A DNA stretch of 60,863 bases, the filler included, from Bipalium vagum (lineage: Eukaryota), in NCBI GenBank assembly GCA_037834085.1. It is 3 parts of 3 records of this genome, joined end to end, with 100 filler letters (N's around TTAATTAATTAA, not from the genome) between each part and the next. Parts side by side here need not be neighbours in the genome. Positions count along the whole stretch, not along the records: positions 26,444 to 43,643 come from JBBMKC010074843.1; 2 more parts are not named here. One strand, given 5' to 3'. The position numbers and the translations under genes were made by a program. Below, in pieces: positions 26,444-40,410 of the stretch. Under the pieces are notes generated by a model that saw only the letters and a program-made list of their open reading frames with translations, was not told where the DNA came from and ran no database searches. Numbering within the stretch: the stretch's first letter is position 1; each line of letters begins with the position of its first letter.

Positions 26444-27539
26444 TAATAATAATAATACTAATAAAACAAAATTCTACAAATAAAGAAAATAAGAAGTGCA
26501 GCACCGAAGTCTTGGTTGTGTGTCAATCACAATTTGGAGTTCTAATATCCGTACGATCCTCAACGAACGATAAATGTGCAAGAGGAACGACTACAGTCGA
26601 AAACTATTACACTTATGGTCTCTCTGGCATTAAGATAGCGTTATAGCTTCGATTCATGTTGACGAAAATTGCATTATTAAATTCGTTTCTTTACATGAAC
26701 AGAAACAAATTCCTGACAAAATATAATACTTCTGTTTACATTTATAATTGTTAATAATTTCAGCTGTTTACCAAACATAAAATATAGGGAATAAAAGAGG
26801 AACTAATTAACACAGATTTTGATTAGAGAAACTAACTAAATGGAACGAAAAATAGGAATTTGGCGGTTGAAATCAATTTTCATTTTACAGGAAAAGAAAT
26901 GATAATAAACGAAACGAAGTAAAAAAAGATGAGTGGAAGATTTGAGAAAAAAATAAGAATAAAATACACAAAATCAATGGAAGATAAAACTGACATATGA
27001 GGATTTATTAAAGAAATTATTCTCAATTTATTTAAATGGTGGTAAATGAAGGAGAACCTCTTCAGCTCTCAAAATTCTTAAAAAGCAGTGAAGGAAAAAC
27101 TATTACAAGTGAACCAGTTGACAGTGGTAACGAGGTTTGCGTTTTTGTAAACATTTATTACATTAAAAAAAATTGATAAATTACTCAATTGAAATAATTG
27201 TGTTTAATAAAATTGAATTTAAACCAATAAAATTAGAGGCAATTATTTTCATTAAATATTTATCAAATAATTTTGTCATAATTAGTGACATCGATAATTA
27301 TGTGGTAATAAAAATGAAACGAAAAATTTCTTATTTATTGATTTACATTTTCAAAATTTTGATTTTCTCTTCGAAAACTGAATACAGTCTGTCTTACAGT
27401 AGAATGAGAAGTCATCAACGAGATAAAGATAAAAACGTAGAAAATAAAAATTAAAAATAAAATAGCAATAATAATACCATTTTAATCAGAAATGTTTTTA
27501 TACCACATGTTAAAAAGTGCTGGGTGATTTTGAAACAAC

Positions 27540-27850
27540 GTCTGTTCCATTATTTCAATTTCGTTGCAGTAATATCGGTAATCGATTCACGATGTTTTAT
27601 AAAGTTATAATGAATTAATCTAGCTGCAGACCACCAAACAGTGATCATAATCTTCTTTGGCTGAATTCTTTGATTAGGCACATGATTCGGTTTGGCATTC
27701 GTAATCAACCATGGTGTTTTACATACGGATATCTCGTCAAAAGTTAAAATTCGAGACAAAAATGGATTATTTCGGTTCCGAATAATCAAAGAGCAAATTT
27801 TGAATCTCCTACTTTCTTGTTGTCAATCACTTGGTGTGGTATCGTTTTGA
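27540..27850 (-). mobile_element. Mariner fragment
   Basis: NPFLSRILTFDE..PKKIMITVWWSAARLIHY. Confidence 0.8.
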
Positions 27851-28420
27851 ATATTTTAAGTAAAGCCAACAACACAGTACTTTGAGCTGTAACCATCTAG
27901 GATCACTCAGGTGATCAATTCTTTTGAATTGAAATAAAAAAACATTCTTTTTCCAGCGCTCCGCTGACGTATGAATTTCAATGGTTTTTCTTTGCCCTCA
28001 AAAATCTTCATTGTTGACGACTTTGATATGTCATACTTAAAAATCTACATGTCATTACCGGTAGTCCACGATCGTGGATTGGATGGATTATAATTTGAAA
28101 GCATGAAATCAGAAAACTCAAGACGTCGTTAATTGTGAGTTGATGAGGAACTCATCGCGCACACAACTTCACCTTAAGGTGATCATGTAAAATTTCATTT
28201 ACAGCATGTTGGCCTACATTCAGTTTATGACCAAGCTCCCGTAATGTAATACGAGTGATTTGGTTTGATTAATTTAATTTTGACAGACCGGTCGATCAAT
28301 TCTGGGTTCAACCTTGAAACATGTTTCCCAAGAAATGAATGAGGAATTCTATTTATAAATGGTAGACTGAGTAAGGACATCTTCACAAAATACACGTTTC
28401 ATATCAGCCTCATATTCAGC
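27851..28420 (-). mobile_element. Second, more degraded mariner fragment
   Basis: ..TTGND..IFKYD..EKPLKFIRQRSAGKRMFF resembles the TGDETW..SAGKxM region. Confidence 0.55.
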
Positions 28421-28871
28421 AACTGATTGATCCAAAATCCAATTGAAAAATATAATACCGTGCTTATTTTCATTCGGCAAATTAATTTTGTTACGAAAAA
28501 TCATAGAAAACTCATTTTAAAAAACCGCTATAAAATAGTAAGAATGTTGTCAGCATTTATGAATAACATAAACATCAGTCGCGTACATTCGTTATAAGAA
28601 AAATATCTCTGCAATATTTCGTTTTATTACGTTTTCTCAAAAATTTTTAAGCCGCCCACGCCCACCTCTATATGATAAAAAATTATTATCATAAATATTG
28701 GCTGATTAACAAATCTTTGAATTAATAAATCTATAATACGTCATTTCATGTGGAAAAATCTCATAACAATAGTAATAATAAAAATAATATATTAATAAAT
28801 AATATATAAATAAATATTAATCTAAAGATATTTGAAATTTCGTTAAACTTTAATTAACAAAAGATACTTAC

Positions 28872-31800
28872 CCCAGCATAAAATATTTTATTTTTCAGTC
28901 GACTGTTAAATTTTTCCGGATTTGCTTCTGTAATTGGAAATGAAACACGGTCAATAATTTGACCAAAAAGACAATCATAATAATAATAATATTACAGAAA
29001 TCTTTATTAATTAAGATTGGAAATTTTAATTTTTAATCCCAATTTTTTGTCAAAAAAAAATATACAAAAACAAAAATCTTTTCCAAAAATTGATCACAAT
29101 TATCGATTTTTGATAAAGTCTCAACCCTCTCGTGTCAGCTTCGAGGATTAAATCACCGATCACGTTAATTTACATTTCACGGCTGCGATTTAATCAATCA
29201 TTCTTTTTATTTTCTCAAACCAGATTAACTGTGATGATATTGGTGGCTTTTAAGAAAAATAAAAGAAAACAATGAACAAAATAAAAGTTCTTTGGTAAGA
29301 AAAATTAAAGACAAGAAATAAAAATGAAATCGACATGCAAAAAGTAAAAAATAAAAATAAATAAAAAATTTTTGAATGTAATCGTTAATGAAAAATAAAT
29401 AAATAATGTTTAAAGATAAATTTCTGTATGAAAATTTTCACTTTTAAACAAAAATATGTAAAAGTTGACTGCTACTAAAAATAAAACAATGGTGATTGTA
29501 TCTTTAATGAGTTTTCGTTAGGACAACCAAATGCATTGTTTGCACTTTTTGCATTATTAAATGCACAAAATACAAATTATAAATGCAATTTTATTTAAAT
29601 AATAAATATTAAAAGAAAATTTTTAAATAATCTCTCATAATTATTATAATTAATTATTAAGTAATAAAATTATTAAAATAAATTATTAAATACAATTTCG
29701 GTAAAAAGTATTTAGTCACATATAAGAGTGAATTTCACCTTAGCAAATGATGGTACTGTTGAATAAAGTTTTGTAAGCCATATCTAATTTTTAATAGAAA
29801 TTTTCATAAATAGGCTTTGAAAAATTATAAATATTTTTACTAAGTGCACTTTTTGGTTTAGATTTAGATTTGGGTGCTACATGGCTCGCCATGTACTAAA
29901 ATTTTCAAGGAGCCATTGGGGTTCTTCTTTATGGTTTATCTAACGACAGTATATATTTTAAATTGTTACAAAAATTCAATGGAATATGAAGCAAATATCA
30001 AGATCTCTTTCAAATTGAAAAAGTCTTCCACATAAGCATTTCAGATAATTTAAAATGTTTAATTATAAAGATATCTTGAATCGCAAGAATGAATTTAAGT
30101 GATATTTCTGAATTCAGGAAGAAAAAAATTTTGAAGATGACCTACATCTGAGTTATCGTGTGACCAAATGTTCTGACGAAAATGTGCAGAAAGTTTGGAT
30201 TTTTAAAATGCAAACGTATTTGCACCTACCAGATTCAGTTTTGAATCAGTAGTGTTATCAATACAAATAAAATTAAAATATTTTAAAAGGTAAATGATAA
30301 TTATAAAATCTTAGCAAGTTATTACATATTTATTATTCAATATTCTAAAATATGATTATTTGATTTGAGTTATTATTTATTGATTACTTTTAATTATTAT
30401 TATTTCCATGATATTTAATATTACTATGTTTATTGATTATTGATAATTATTTTTGAAGTAGTTTCTAAAATTAATATTAAAAAAAACACCTCTAGACTCG
30501 TGAAATTCCAGAGCAGTAGCTGCATCTGCTCCAAGAGAAAAGTAATTAGTAAAGACATTCAACGGTAATTTGGATGTCGCTGGAAAACCTGGATCCGACT
30601 GATAATTACTGTATGCTAAGCCGGGATCTTTTTGAGTACTTAATTCATCTTTGGACAACGTTCGTTTGGACATTGAAATAACAGAACTAGTTAAGGTCCA
30701 CCTATTTTCAAAATGTAAACTTGTTCATTTTTCCATTATAAAATAAATAGAAAATATTATAAAAAGTATTAAAAAATATTGTTAGACCGATTTTCATTAA
30801 ATAAATGTCACACTTATTTCTTTGTTAAACGAATGTGCCACATGATAAAATTAAAAATTAATAAATAAAATATTATTAAAATATAATAAATAAATAAATA
30901 CAAATTATTATTAAAAACTCAACTAAAATTTGAAAATAATTCGTTAACTGAAAAAATAATTTTTTGATTGAAATAAGTGTTTTTATTCGACATTTTTTAT
31001 TAGTTAAGTTTATAACTTCAAATTTTATTTTTTAAAAAACTAAACATTGCCTACACCCCTCTAATATTATATAATAAAGAGATTTTTCAAAATAAATTTT
31101 TAAAAACAAAATATTAAATAATAAGTTTGAGAACAAGAAATATTTAACCAATAATCATTCGTATACAAATAATTTTGACAAGTAATTTAATATTAATTAT
31201 TAAATTAATATTAATTTTTTTTATTTATGGTAAGTGACAAAATTAATCTATATTTTTCAGATACACGAAATATTTATTTTAAAATAAGCAAAACAAATTT
31301 GTCAATCGAAGCAATCACTAAAGACTCCAGTAACCTTAAAAGTATTGGAAAAAAACAATTTTGGAAAATTATTCTAAAAAACTTCACGAACTTATTCGCC
31401 AACCTAATATTAAAGAAGAAAGAAGGTAGTACGAGATTCTCTATGACGTATTAATAGTTCAGCAATCTCAAAGAACATTTCTACCTCTAAACACTCAGTC
31501 AAGATGAGATTTTTTTTATTTCAGTACTTAAGCATAGAAAAACCTCATTATCATACCGAAAACAAAACAGATTCTGGATTCGTGATTGACCTTAGAGGTT
31601 GACGGTTTTATTTAGATATTTCCAAGACTGTAATCTGTTTCACTTTTACAAGAAAGAGACCTGTCAAATTTATATTTATAATAATTTCACAATGTTTTTG
31701 TGTAATTCATTTTTTTCGATCTTATATGGCCGGATTCAAGCAACATACGCAGTTCATCTTAAATGTCCAGTTTGACAAGAGAAACTTTTCTACATCATCG

Positions 31801-34800
31801 ATGACTACCAAAGCATTTCTTGTTTATCAGACTAAAATCCTCACTTATCAATCACTTAAACAAAATATACACAAACAATGAGATAGAAATATGGTAGTCA
31901 AAAATATCCACTTTGATTTCAAATTCTCTTGTTGAATTTCTCTCTTATAAATTTGCCTTCAGAGACTTAAATGTTTGCTGACAGAAAATGTGCTGCTGTA
32001 TATGGTAACTATATATATATCGTGATAAAATAAAAACCTCCTTGTTATGTTACATAAATATTAGAATATTCGTGCATTGTTTTCTATGTTAATCTCACTA
32101 CTTATTGGGTACACTATGTATAGCATCAAATTTTAGTATCTTGACTATTTTCTTACAATGTTTAAATTATGATATTTATAAAAATTAGGATGATAATAAT
32201 AATAATATTCGATATTAATAATAATCAATACTGTTAGAAAAACTTAAAAATATAAATAAAATGAAATGATCAATTGATAAAGACTAACGTACCGATCTAA
32301 AGATTTAATCGTTCCTTCTTCGACACAAGAAATAATTTTCGACAATGGTTCATCTGTGTATCCCTGAAAATGTTTTGTTTATAAATTTCTTATTTATTCT
32401 CATTAATAATTGTCAAAAAGTTCTCCACTGCCCGGTGAAATTTTAATCTCTAATCAATTTGAAAGAAACTTGGCAGTGAAATTTAATCGAGAGGCGGCCA
32501 TGGGGCTTTTGGATGCAAGAAAAGAAAATTGACTGATATTAATTTAACCAGAAAAAGGAAAGACGGAATTGAAAAAGAAATAATTTTGTTTTTTGAGGCA
32601 ATTTTTACAAATGTTATTTGTGAAAAATTCTAAACAATGCAAGAAAAAATTACAAATGGAAAATTGGATGAAATTATAATAAAAATGATCTCATTAAACT
32701 TATCACTAACTTTATTATTTTTATTAATTCAACAGAGTTCAATTTGAAAATGTTTGCTATTTTATTTAATAAAAATATATTTCTTTCATTAATAAAAATA
32801 TTATGAAAATTTTTAACAAAAAATTATAAATAAATATGAAATTCTGGCATCAATACAATAAATATTAAATGGGAACATAATTTTAAATTCATAAAAGTAT
32901 AATAAAAAAAATACAACAAAATATGGTTAAAAGGTTTCAAGGGCAATTTCATATTTGTGGTTAATTATTAAAAATACAACGTTATTGTCAATAATATCAA
33001 ACAGTTGAAAATTGTGATATAATTCCAAATTAAGTTTTGAGTGGCAAAATAATTTTTAAATTTATTAATATTATAAACATAAATATTATTATATTGTTAT
33101 AAATAATATTTTATTTTCTTTCACCACACTATTTATTATTGACAAATCATAATTCTTTGAAATCCCTTTTTATACTTTTATCACTTTTTAAATTCAAAAA
33201 AAATTTGTTAATGAATTTTTATTAACAGTTTTCAGAAATTCAATGCCATTGAATAAAAGGAATATAAAAAATCTAATCTTATTATTCTCTACTTGAGATC
33301 TAAAAGTTATGCAGTTCTTTAGGTTTTATAGGACATTTGTAATGTGTTGGCAGGAGTTAAATTTGGAATTACAATAAACATAGATCCCCAAATTTTCGAA
33401 ATGCAACATTTAACTCTTTCGATCAATGAGATATCGTCAGAAATTGAAACCTTTAAATGTCAATCCTCGAAACAAAAAATCGCCTGAAAATTATTATTGC
33501 TACAGTGAAACCTCTTTAATTCAAACTCGGTTGTCAGTCCCCACAGACATTATATTATTATAAAAAAAAGTCGGATAATTCATTACAAACATTTTTGACC
33601 CGCGCGTTTCGAATTAACCACGTTTCACTGTATTATTTTACTTTCTTAAATAAGAGTTATTATATATTATAAATTATAATTTGTTTTAAATATTAATTAT
33701 TAAAACATTAAATATAATGATTTACTGATCCCCAGTTAGTTGTTCTTGCAAGGTCATTTCCGGTTCCCAGTGGTAGGATTGCAATCGGAGGACTGGGTAC
33801 AATATTCAAATGGTCTATTTCGGACATGACCCAACCGACAGTTCCGTCCCCGCCACAAACTAAGATTCTTAAATTTGAGATCTTTCCAAACAACTCCAAC
33901 CTATAGGCAAAAAAACAACGAAATAATTTATTTTACAATTTTATAAATAATAAATGAATTAAAATGTAGAGTTAAAATCGATAATGAATATAATATTTTC
34001 AATCGGAATCTACGGTCTACTGTTCAGTCAAGATAGATTAGACATGAAAGGCAACGAAATCAGACTACTGTTACTTTTCTTTTTCACTTAGTCAGATTTT
34101 CCGTCTAAAATAAGTGATTATATGGGGATCTATCAATCTGTCTCTCAAAATTGGTTTCCAATATTGCACCTCAAAATCAAAATCAAATGAGATAAATGGA
34201 TTGTAATAATCGACGAGTTTGATGTTATCATCTTTAATATTTATTGTACAGGGTTTTTCAAGAATAAGTGACATTTTTTTTTGTTTTATATCTAACTGAA
34301 TGCTCTGTGGATTGGCCTTACCCACAAAGGATTACGATGAAATTTAAGCAAATTTATCAAGAAATTTACCAATGCTTTAAAAAATTTCTTCTTTCAGTTT
34401 TTCAAATTTGGGTTTTTTATCAATAACTTAACCAACGATAACCCAAAGGAAATTTTCTAGTGAAGTAAAGTCAAAGGATCTGTATGATAGGAAAAATCCG
34501 CATCACCTTCCTGAGTTATACGGGATTTTCAAATATTAATAATAATAATAATAATTTTTATTGATATTTATTATAGTAATTTATTTTATTAATTATTAGT
34601 AATTTATTTATTATGATAATTATTATTTGTTTATTTTGTTCTTAATTATTATGTAATTTATTTTGAAATATTAATAATAAACTTACCCAAGTCGAGGGCC
34701 ACCATCTGTAATGTCAAAAACCTGTCTGGGATTGAGTAACCATTGAAACTTTCTCATCAATTTTGCACCGGCATTTCCACCCGACTTTGGATTCAAGAAC

Positions 34801-35066
34801 ACCAACAAAGGTTTCGCTGGAGGACTATTTGGAATTGGTTTAATTACAAAAGGAATGTTATTGATCAGTCCAGCCGTGGACTGAAACGATATGCTTTTTG
34901 TCATGGAACTGTGTTGAGTAAGGTTGTCATCATTGACTGACATGGTTGAGTTCGATATGGAATCTATATTGATTTGTGTTGGTTTTATGTTTGAATCGTT
35001 TTTCAATATAGATCTACTAACGGAATCTGGACTGCGCGATTTCCGCACAGAAGATTTGAAATTATT
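28872..35066 (-). CDS. Diacylglycerol kinase type IV (zeta/iota-like), internal exons 35066-34687, 33900-33726, 32363-32293, 30701-30490, 28927-28872
   Basis: [98 protein letters not shown]. All joins in phase. 5' and 3' exons not found in this contig. Confidence 0.93.
33503..33630. mobile_element. pogo-type MITE
   Basis: TA|CAGTGAAACCTCTTTAATTC ... GAATTAACCACGTTTCACTG|TA. Confidence 0.7.
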
Positions 35067-36149
35067 CTAATCATAAAAACGGAAAGTAAATTGTTTTTTA
35101 TTCATAAAAACAATAAACTCGACAATCACGTGACATTTTTTTTTGAACAAATAAAAAATTAAATATTAATAAAAAAATAATTTAAAAAAAAAAGCAATTA
35201 TTACTTAATTAATTTTTCAGAAATAATATTTTTTATTGAAATTAATTTTTTGGTATATAATTTTATGAACGCTTTCTAATACTCTCACATAAATACAGCT
35301 TTGGAGGTCAAAAACAATAATATTAATATTAATAATTTTTATAAGAATAAATAATTCATAAATGGCTGTTTCGAAAATCGGATTAAGTCAAAGAGTGGGA
35401 CGAAGTCGGGAGAGAATAAAAATAAATTCAATTATCACCAATGATTACGGCTTATATTTTAATAATTAGTTTACAGAAATATTTATACATTGTCTGTTTG
35501 TACATTTGTAATGATGATTGTTTGTCATATTTAAATTTATATATATTTTTTAAAATACGTGGTAAGGCTAAAAAGTACTTAAACTCTATCAGAAATAATG
35601 AATATATTTAATTTCTCACATAAAATAATAATCATACAGAGGCTTGAAATATATCATTTATTTAAATTTTCTAAGTTTTTTTCTACTTAAAGTATGATAA
35701 ATTTTAAAAAATGTTTGAAAATATAGAATTCCGAAGTTTGATCCGGTTTTTACTACTGAAAGGATCTACCAAACAGGAAATTTTTGAGCTGATAGGTGAA
35801 GAAGCCCCCTATCAAATATTCATTTTCACTGAACCAGAAAAAATTAAATAATTGTAAAATGACTTCTTTAAAATTGTTGGAATTTTCAAAATTTATAATA
35901 AAAAAATTTATAATAATCATAATTATAATCAAATTTATAATAATAATAATAATAATTTAAAATTAATCTTAGAAGATAATAAAACCAAAAGATTTTCTAA
36001 TATGTAATATTATAAATGATTTAACTTCCGAGCAATATGTAGAAAACCGAAAACCAGCGTTTTTATAACTCATTTATTTTGTGTGTAAAATATTTTTATA
36101 ATAGGAAATAGATATAAATAACAATAAAGCATAAAATCACAATTTCATC

Positions 36150-36900
36150 ATATCTTGTTTGCAGAACAAATATCAACACTGAAACTTCACTATTATTTAG
36201 GAAAACACCCGCCATCATGCAGCCAAATTTACCAATTCCTTCTTGAACCAGAATGCTATCAGGAATGCTCCTGACATGAATCTGGTGGTTAGCTTCATAT
36301 TCTGATATTTGGAGTCAAAGAGAAAAATAAAACCATTCAAATTCATGAAAGAAATAAGAATGTTTCTAGAACAGTTCTTGGGTGAGCAAACAGTATAAAG
36401 GTTTGAATCCTAAGTTGAACCGTTTGAGAAGCGACCTGGATATACACAATATTTTTATCTTTTAGGATTTTCTTAATAGATTCATTTCACGTCATCAGTG
36501 ACTATTTTCAACAAAAAATTTCTTATCCTTTTAAGTAAGGAGATTGGAGTAAATGATGATACAGTCATCTTTAATTTTCTTACTCAATGTATGTATACAC
36601 TTTCCATTTTTTGAATTTTTCCCATTGCCCACAATTGATTGGATATAGTTTTTGAGTTACTCCAAAGTTTTCAGCAATTTAATCTTGCGTTTATGATGGA
36701 TTTTATCTAGCAGAGCCTGAAGATCGACAGATTTGATTTTAGAAGGGACCCAAATACATCATTCATGATCACTCATGTCCAAATTGATTGCCCTAAATCT
36801 GCGAAACCAAAATTCACAAGTACTTTTGGAAACCGTACCAGCTTGAAGTACGAACATATTGACGCATAGACAGATGCAACAGATTTCTCTTCATGAAATT
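36150..36900 (-). mobile_element. Degenerate mariner
   Basis: KCIHTLS..IVTDDVK*IY*ENPKR*KYCVYPG. Confidence 0.6.
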
Positions 36901-38519
36901 CATATTTAATGTAGTGCAGAATAAAATAAAATAAACTTATAAAATGATTCAAATAACATTTTTTACAAAAAAAATAATTGGTATTCAAGATAACATTGAA
37001 GAAATACGTTAAAAAAATCTTTTAAAGACTTATTTTTACACTTAAAAGAACCAGATTCGACAAAGAACAAAAAATAACAATAATTAAAACGAGATATGGA
37101 AGAGCATATTTTATTTCTGACACAAAATATAAAGCACTACTATTGTAAAAAATTCCATTTTACTCAATAAATGCAATTTAATTTTCCCAAATCTTTTTTA
37201 TCAATGATTATTTTATGACAGATTTTCATAAAACAACACTAGTGAAGAAACGCTAGACAAGTAAAGAAAAATATTTACATTTTAACGAATTAGAGAAAAA
37301 GGAAAGATAATTGAAAAAAGAGTAGGCTAACATAAATTTAAAAAATCGATACAGCTTTAAAATTTGAATGGTGATAAAATTAATAAATCAATATTTATAT
37401 ATCTTGTAACCATTTACGAATGTGAAAATAACTAAAATGAAAATCAATGAAAAAATTCATATCGAAAATTTATTAAAATTTTAATTAATTTTATTGTTTT
37501 TTTTTTGATAATGTTGACTAATATAAACCTTTTGATTTTGGTAAATCAAAGATAATTGTAACATATCCTTTCCCATAACTGTATCTGGACCATTCTCTTG
37601 AAGAATTTCCTGTTATTTCTTGTTCAAATGTATTTTTAATGGAGATTATTTATATAAAGATGCATTGAGAAGAAATATAAAGAAATCAATAAAAATATAA
37701 AGTTTCTTCGTTTATTAATAATACATAATTCCTCAAGAATTGTGTAAATTAATGATTAACATTGATCAAGTCTCGAAAAATTCTCAAAATCACAAGAATA
37801 AAGATAATTCATAATAATATATTTTTATTAGGACAGATTCAGAAAGCCCAATAAAAAGGGATGCTTGATATTGTATATTCTAAGAATCAAACTAAGTGAA
37901 AAAAAAATAAAAAAGATGAAATAAAGAAAATCTTTGAGGCGAGATTTTTATTATTATACCTGCTTTCACATTAAAAACTACATTTTTACCTAAAATTTTT
38001 AAAGATTTTCAGAGCTTAAATCTTAACAGCAGAAAATATAAGGTAATATGCTCTAGAAATTTTATAATAATTATCATTATAATATATAATATATAACAAA
38101 AAATAATATAATTAAAAAATTTTTTTTATAAAATGACCTAGATAAAAAATTTAGTGAAAATATAAGAATTTTTCAAAAATTAATTTATGCAACTAAATCG
38201 AAGTTAATTTCTGTATTAACGGATATTCTTACATCAATTTTTATAATATTTTACTTAAGCATCTTTTTCAGAGAAAAGATAAAATACTGTTTGAACATAT
38301 GTTTTAATTTGTTATTTTATGAACTTCCAAACTCTAAAATGTAATGATCATATAATAATAATCTCACAATAATTAATTGAAAATCCTTGAAATATGAATG
38401 AAAATAATAATTTTATATTATAAATTAATTAAATCTAATACTATATAATAACTATATTACTATAACCTATGAAAATTCCAAACTAGGTAAATCAAAAATA
38501 GTACAATTATTATTAAGTA

Positions 38520-39640
38520 TCCACGAAAGTTTTTTTGTAGTTTTTTTATATAAAATGTGCACAAAAATCAGATCACTTTATTTTCCATATATCATAATTA
38601 TAATTTTCTTTTTTCGTTTTTTTCTTAATTTAATTTTACAAATTAAAAATATATTTTAACATATAATTTAATAGATTAAATTATGTAAGTATTTGTTTAG
38701 CTAAACTTTGTTGTAAATAAAAATTTTTGTAATTTCAAATAATCCAGATTATGAATATAGTTAAAATGGTGAAGCTAACGGATTTTCAAAAAGGACAGAT
38801 TGTGGTATATTAGGATTGTAGGTTGTCAGGAAGAGAAATATCAAATAAAATTAGGAAAGCTCGATCGTCAAGTGGTAGGTTTTTGAAAGATTTTAAAGAA
38901 AGTTCAAATTACAAACGCAAGGTTGGCATTGGAAGGAAAAGAAAAGCAACCATTGGTGATGATCAAAACATTGCTTCTGTGACAGTAAGTGTTCGAACTA
39001 TTTCGAAAAGCCATCAAAGCAGATCTGAGAATGAATGTTTCACCACAAACCATCCGTAACAGATTACATGAAGCTGGTCATTACTCGAATTTTCAAGTGA
39101 TAAAACCTTTTGTTTCTGTTATTAATCAGCAAAGTCAATTGGCCCGGCAAAAGAACATCTAAGTTGAAGTGTATAAGATTGGAAAAAAAATTTTGTCAGA
39201 CGGAATAATGAATAAAGAAAAATATCAATTAATCGATACCTTCATTAGAAAATTGTTCCAAGGTGGTCATTATGTGTTTCAGAATGATAATGATCCGAAG
39301 CATAAATCTAAAAATAATCTAAAATATTTACGGAACAAAAATATTAATAATTTTGACTGACCATCTCAAAGTCCGGATTTGAAAACTTATGAATTTTTCT
39401 GGAAAAACTAGTGACAGATAGAAATCCAACAGATGAAAAAGGTTTACTTAAACTTTTACGCGTTCGAAGGAAAATTTAAAACCAGATTTTCTCATGAATC
39501 TTGTCGAGAGCATGCCACACAGATGCCAAGTCGTGATTGAAAATGACGAATTGCATACGAAATATTGAACTTATTAATTATTAATGAATGTTTTAAGGAA
39601 AATTGTCTTAATTTAATAGTGATCGGATTTTTTGTGCCTA
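38520..39640 (+). mobile_element. Tc1-like element, internally deleted
   Basis: MVKLTDFQKGQIV..GRKRK, FQNDNDPKH, *PSQSPDL..EFFW. Ends approximate. Confidence 0.85.
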
Positions 39641-39749
39641 TTGTATGTCTATTAAATGTATAAATACCGTTTCTTATAATGTATTTGTGCGTTATAATCA
39701 AATTTCTTAAATGATCTTTATTAATTTTCTTTAAATTGACGAATTTCTA

Positions 39750-40410
39750 TCAAAATGTATACATTTTATTCAAATCCAAAATTCTTATTGATGAAAATAT
39801 AATTAGGGCGTGTTTGGTCCTTGAATTCAAACTTGGGCCTAACGCTTCAGAGGAGTGTAGTAAGATATACGTTTATCATGTGCAGATAATGCCTAAAAAA
39901 ATATCTCAGAAATGATTTGCAAAATTATCAATGACGAGGTGTTTAAAAAATATTCAGGAAAATTCCAAAAGGTCATGCCAAACCGCAACCTCTTTTTCAC
40001 TTATTTTAAATAATTGTGTTAATCATTGTTTAAATAATATTAAAAGATTTATTAAAATTACAAACAGTAAGTTAATTTCATAGATTTCTTTGTTTAGTGT
40101 TTTTTGTCAGAAACTTTAGTATAGAAGATCTAACCTTGCATTTGAAGAATATATTACTACTTTCTTATTTCCGGAAAGGAAAACATGCCTCATATTCTTC
40201 CGAAAAAAAGTTTGCTCTTGAATGATACAAGTTTTAATAGTGATGATGACATTAAATCAGACTTTATGTAATTTTTGCATATAATTCAAGAGGTTTTTAA
40301 ACAAAATATTTTTATGCTTCCTAAAAGATGGCAACAGATCCTATATTTTAAATCTATTTCATATTGTTCCATGCCTTTTATTTCTTCAAAAAAAAGCAAT
40401 TACTGTCTTG
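39750..40410 (+). mobile_element. Mariner fragments
   Basis: IRACLVLEFKLG..; FKQNIFMLPKRWQQI; TIR-like GCAATTACTGTCTTGCCCACCAAATA at the right end. Confidence 0.55.
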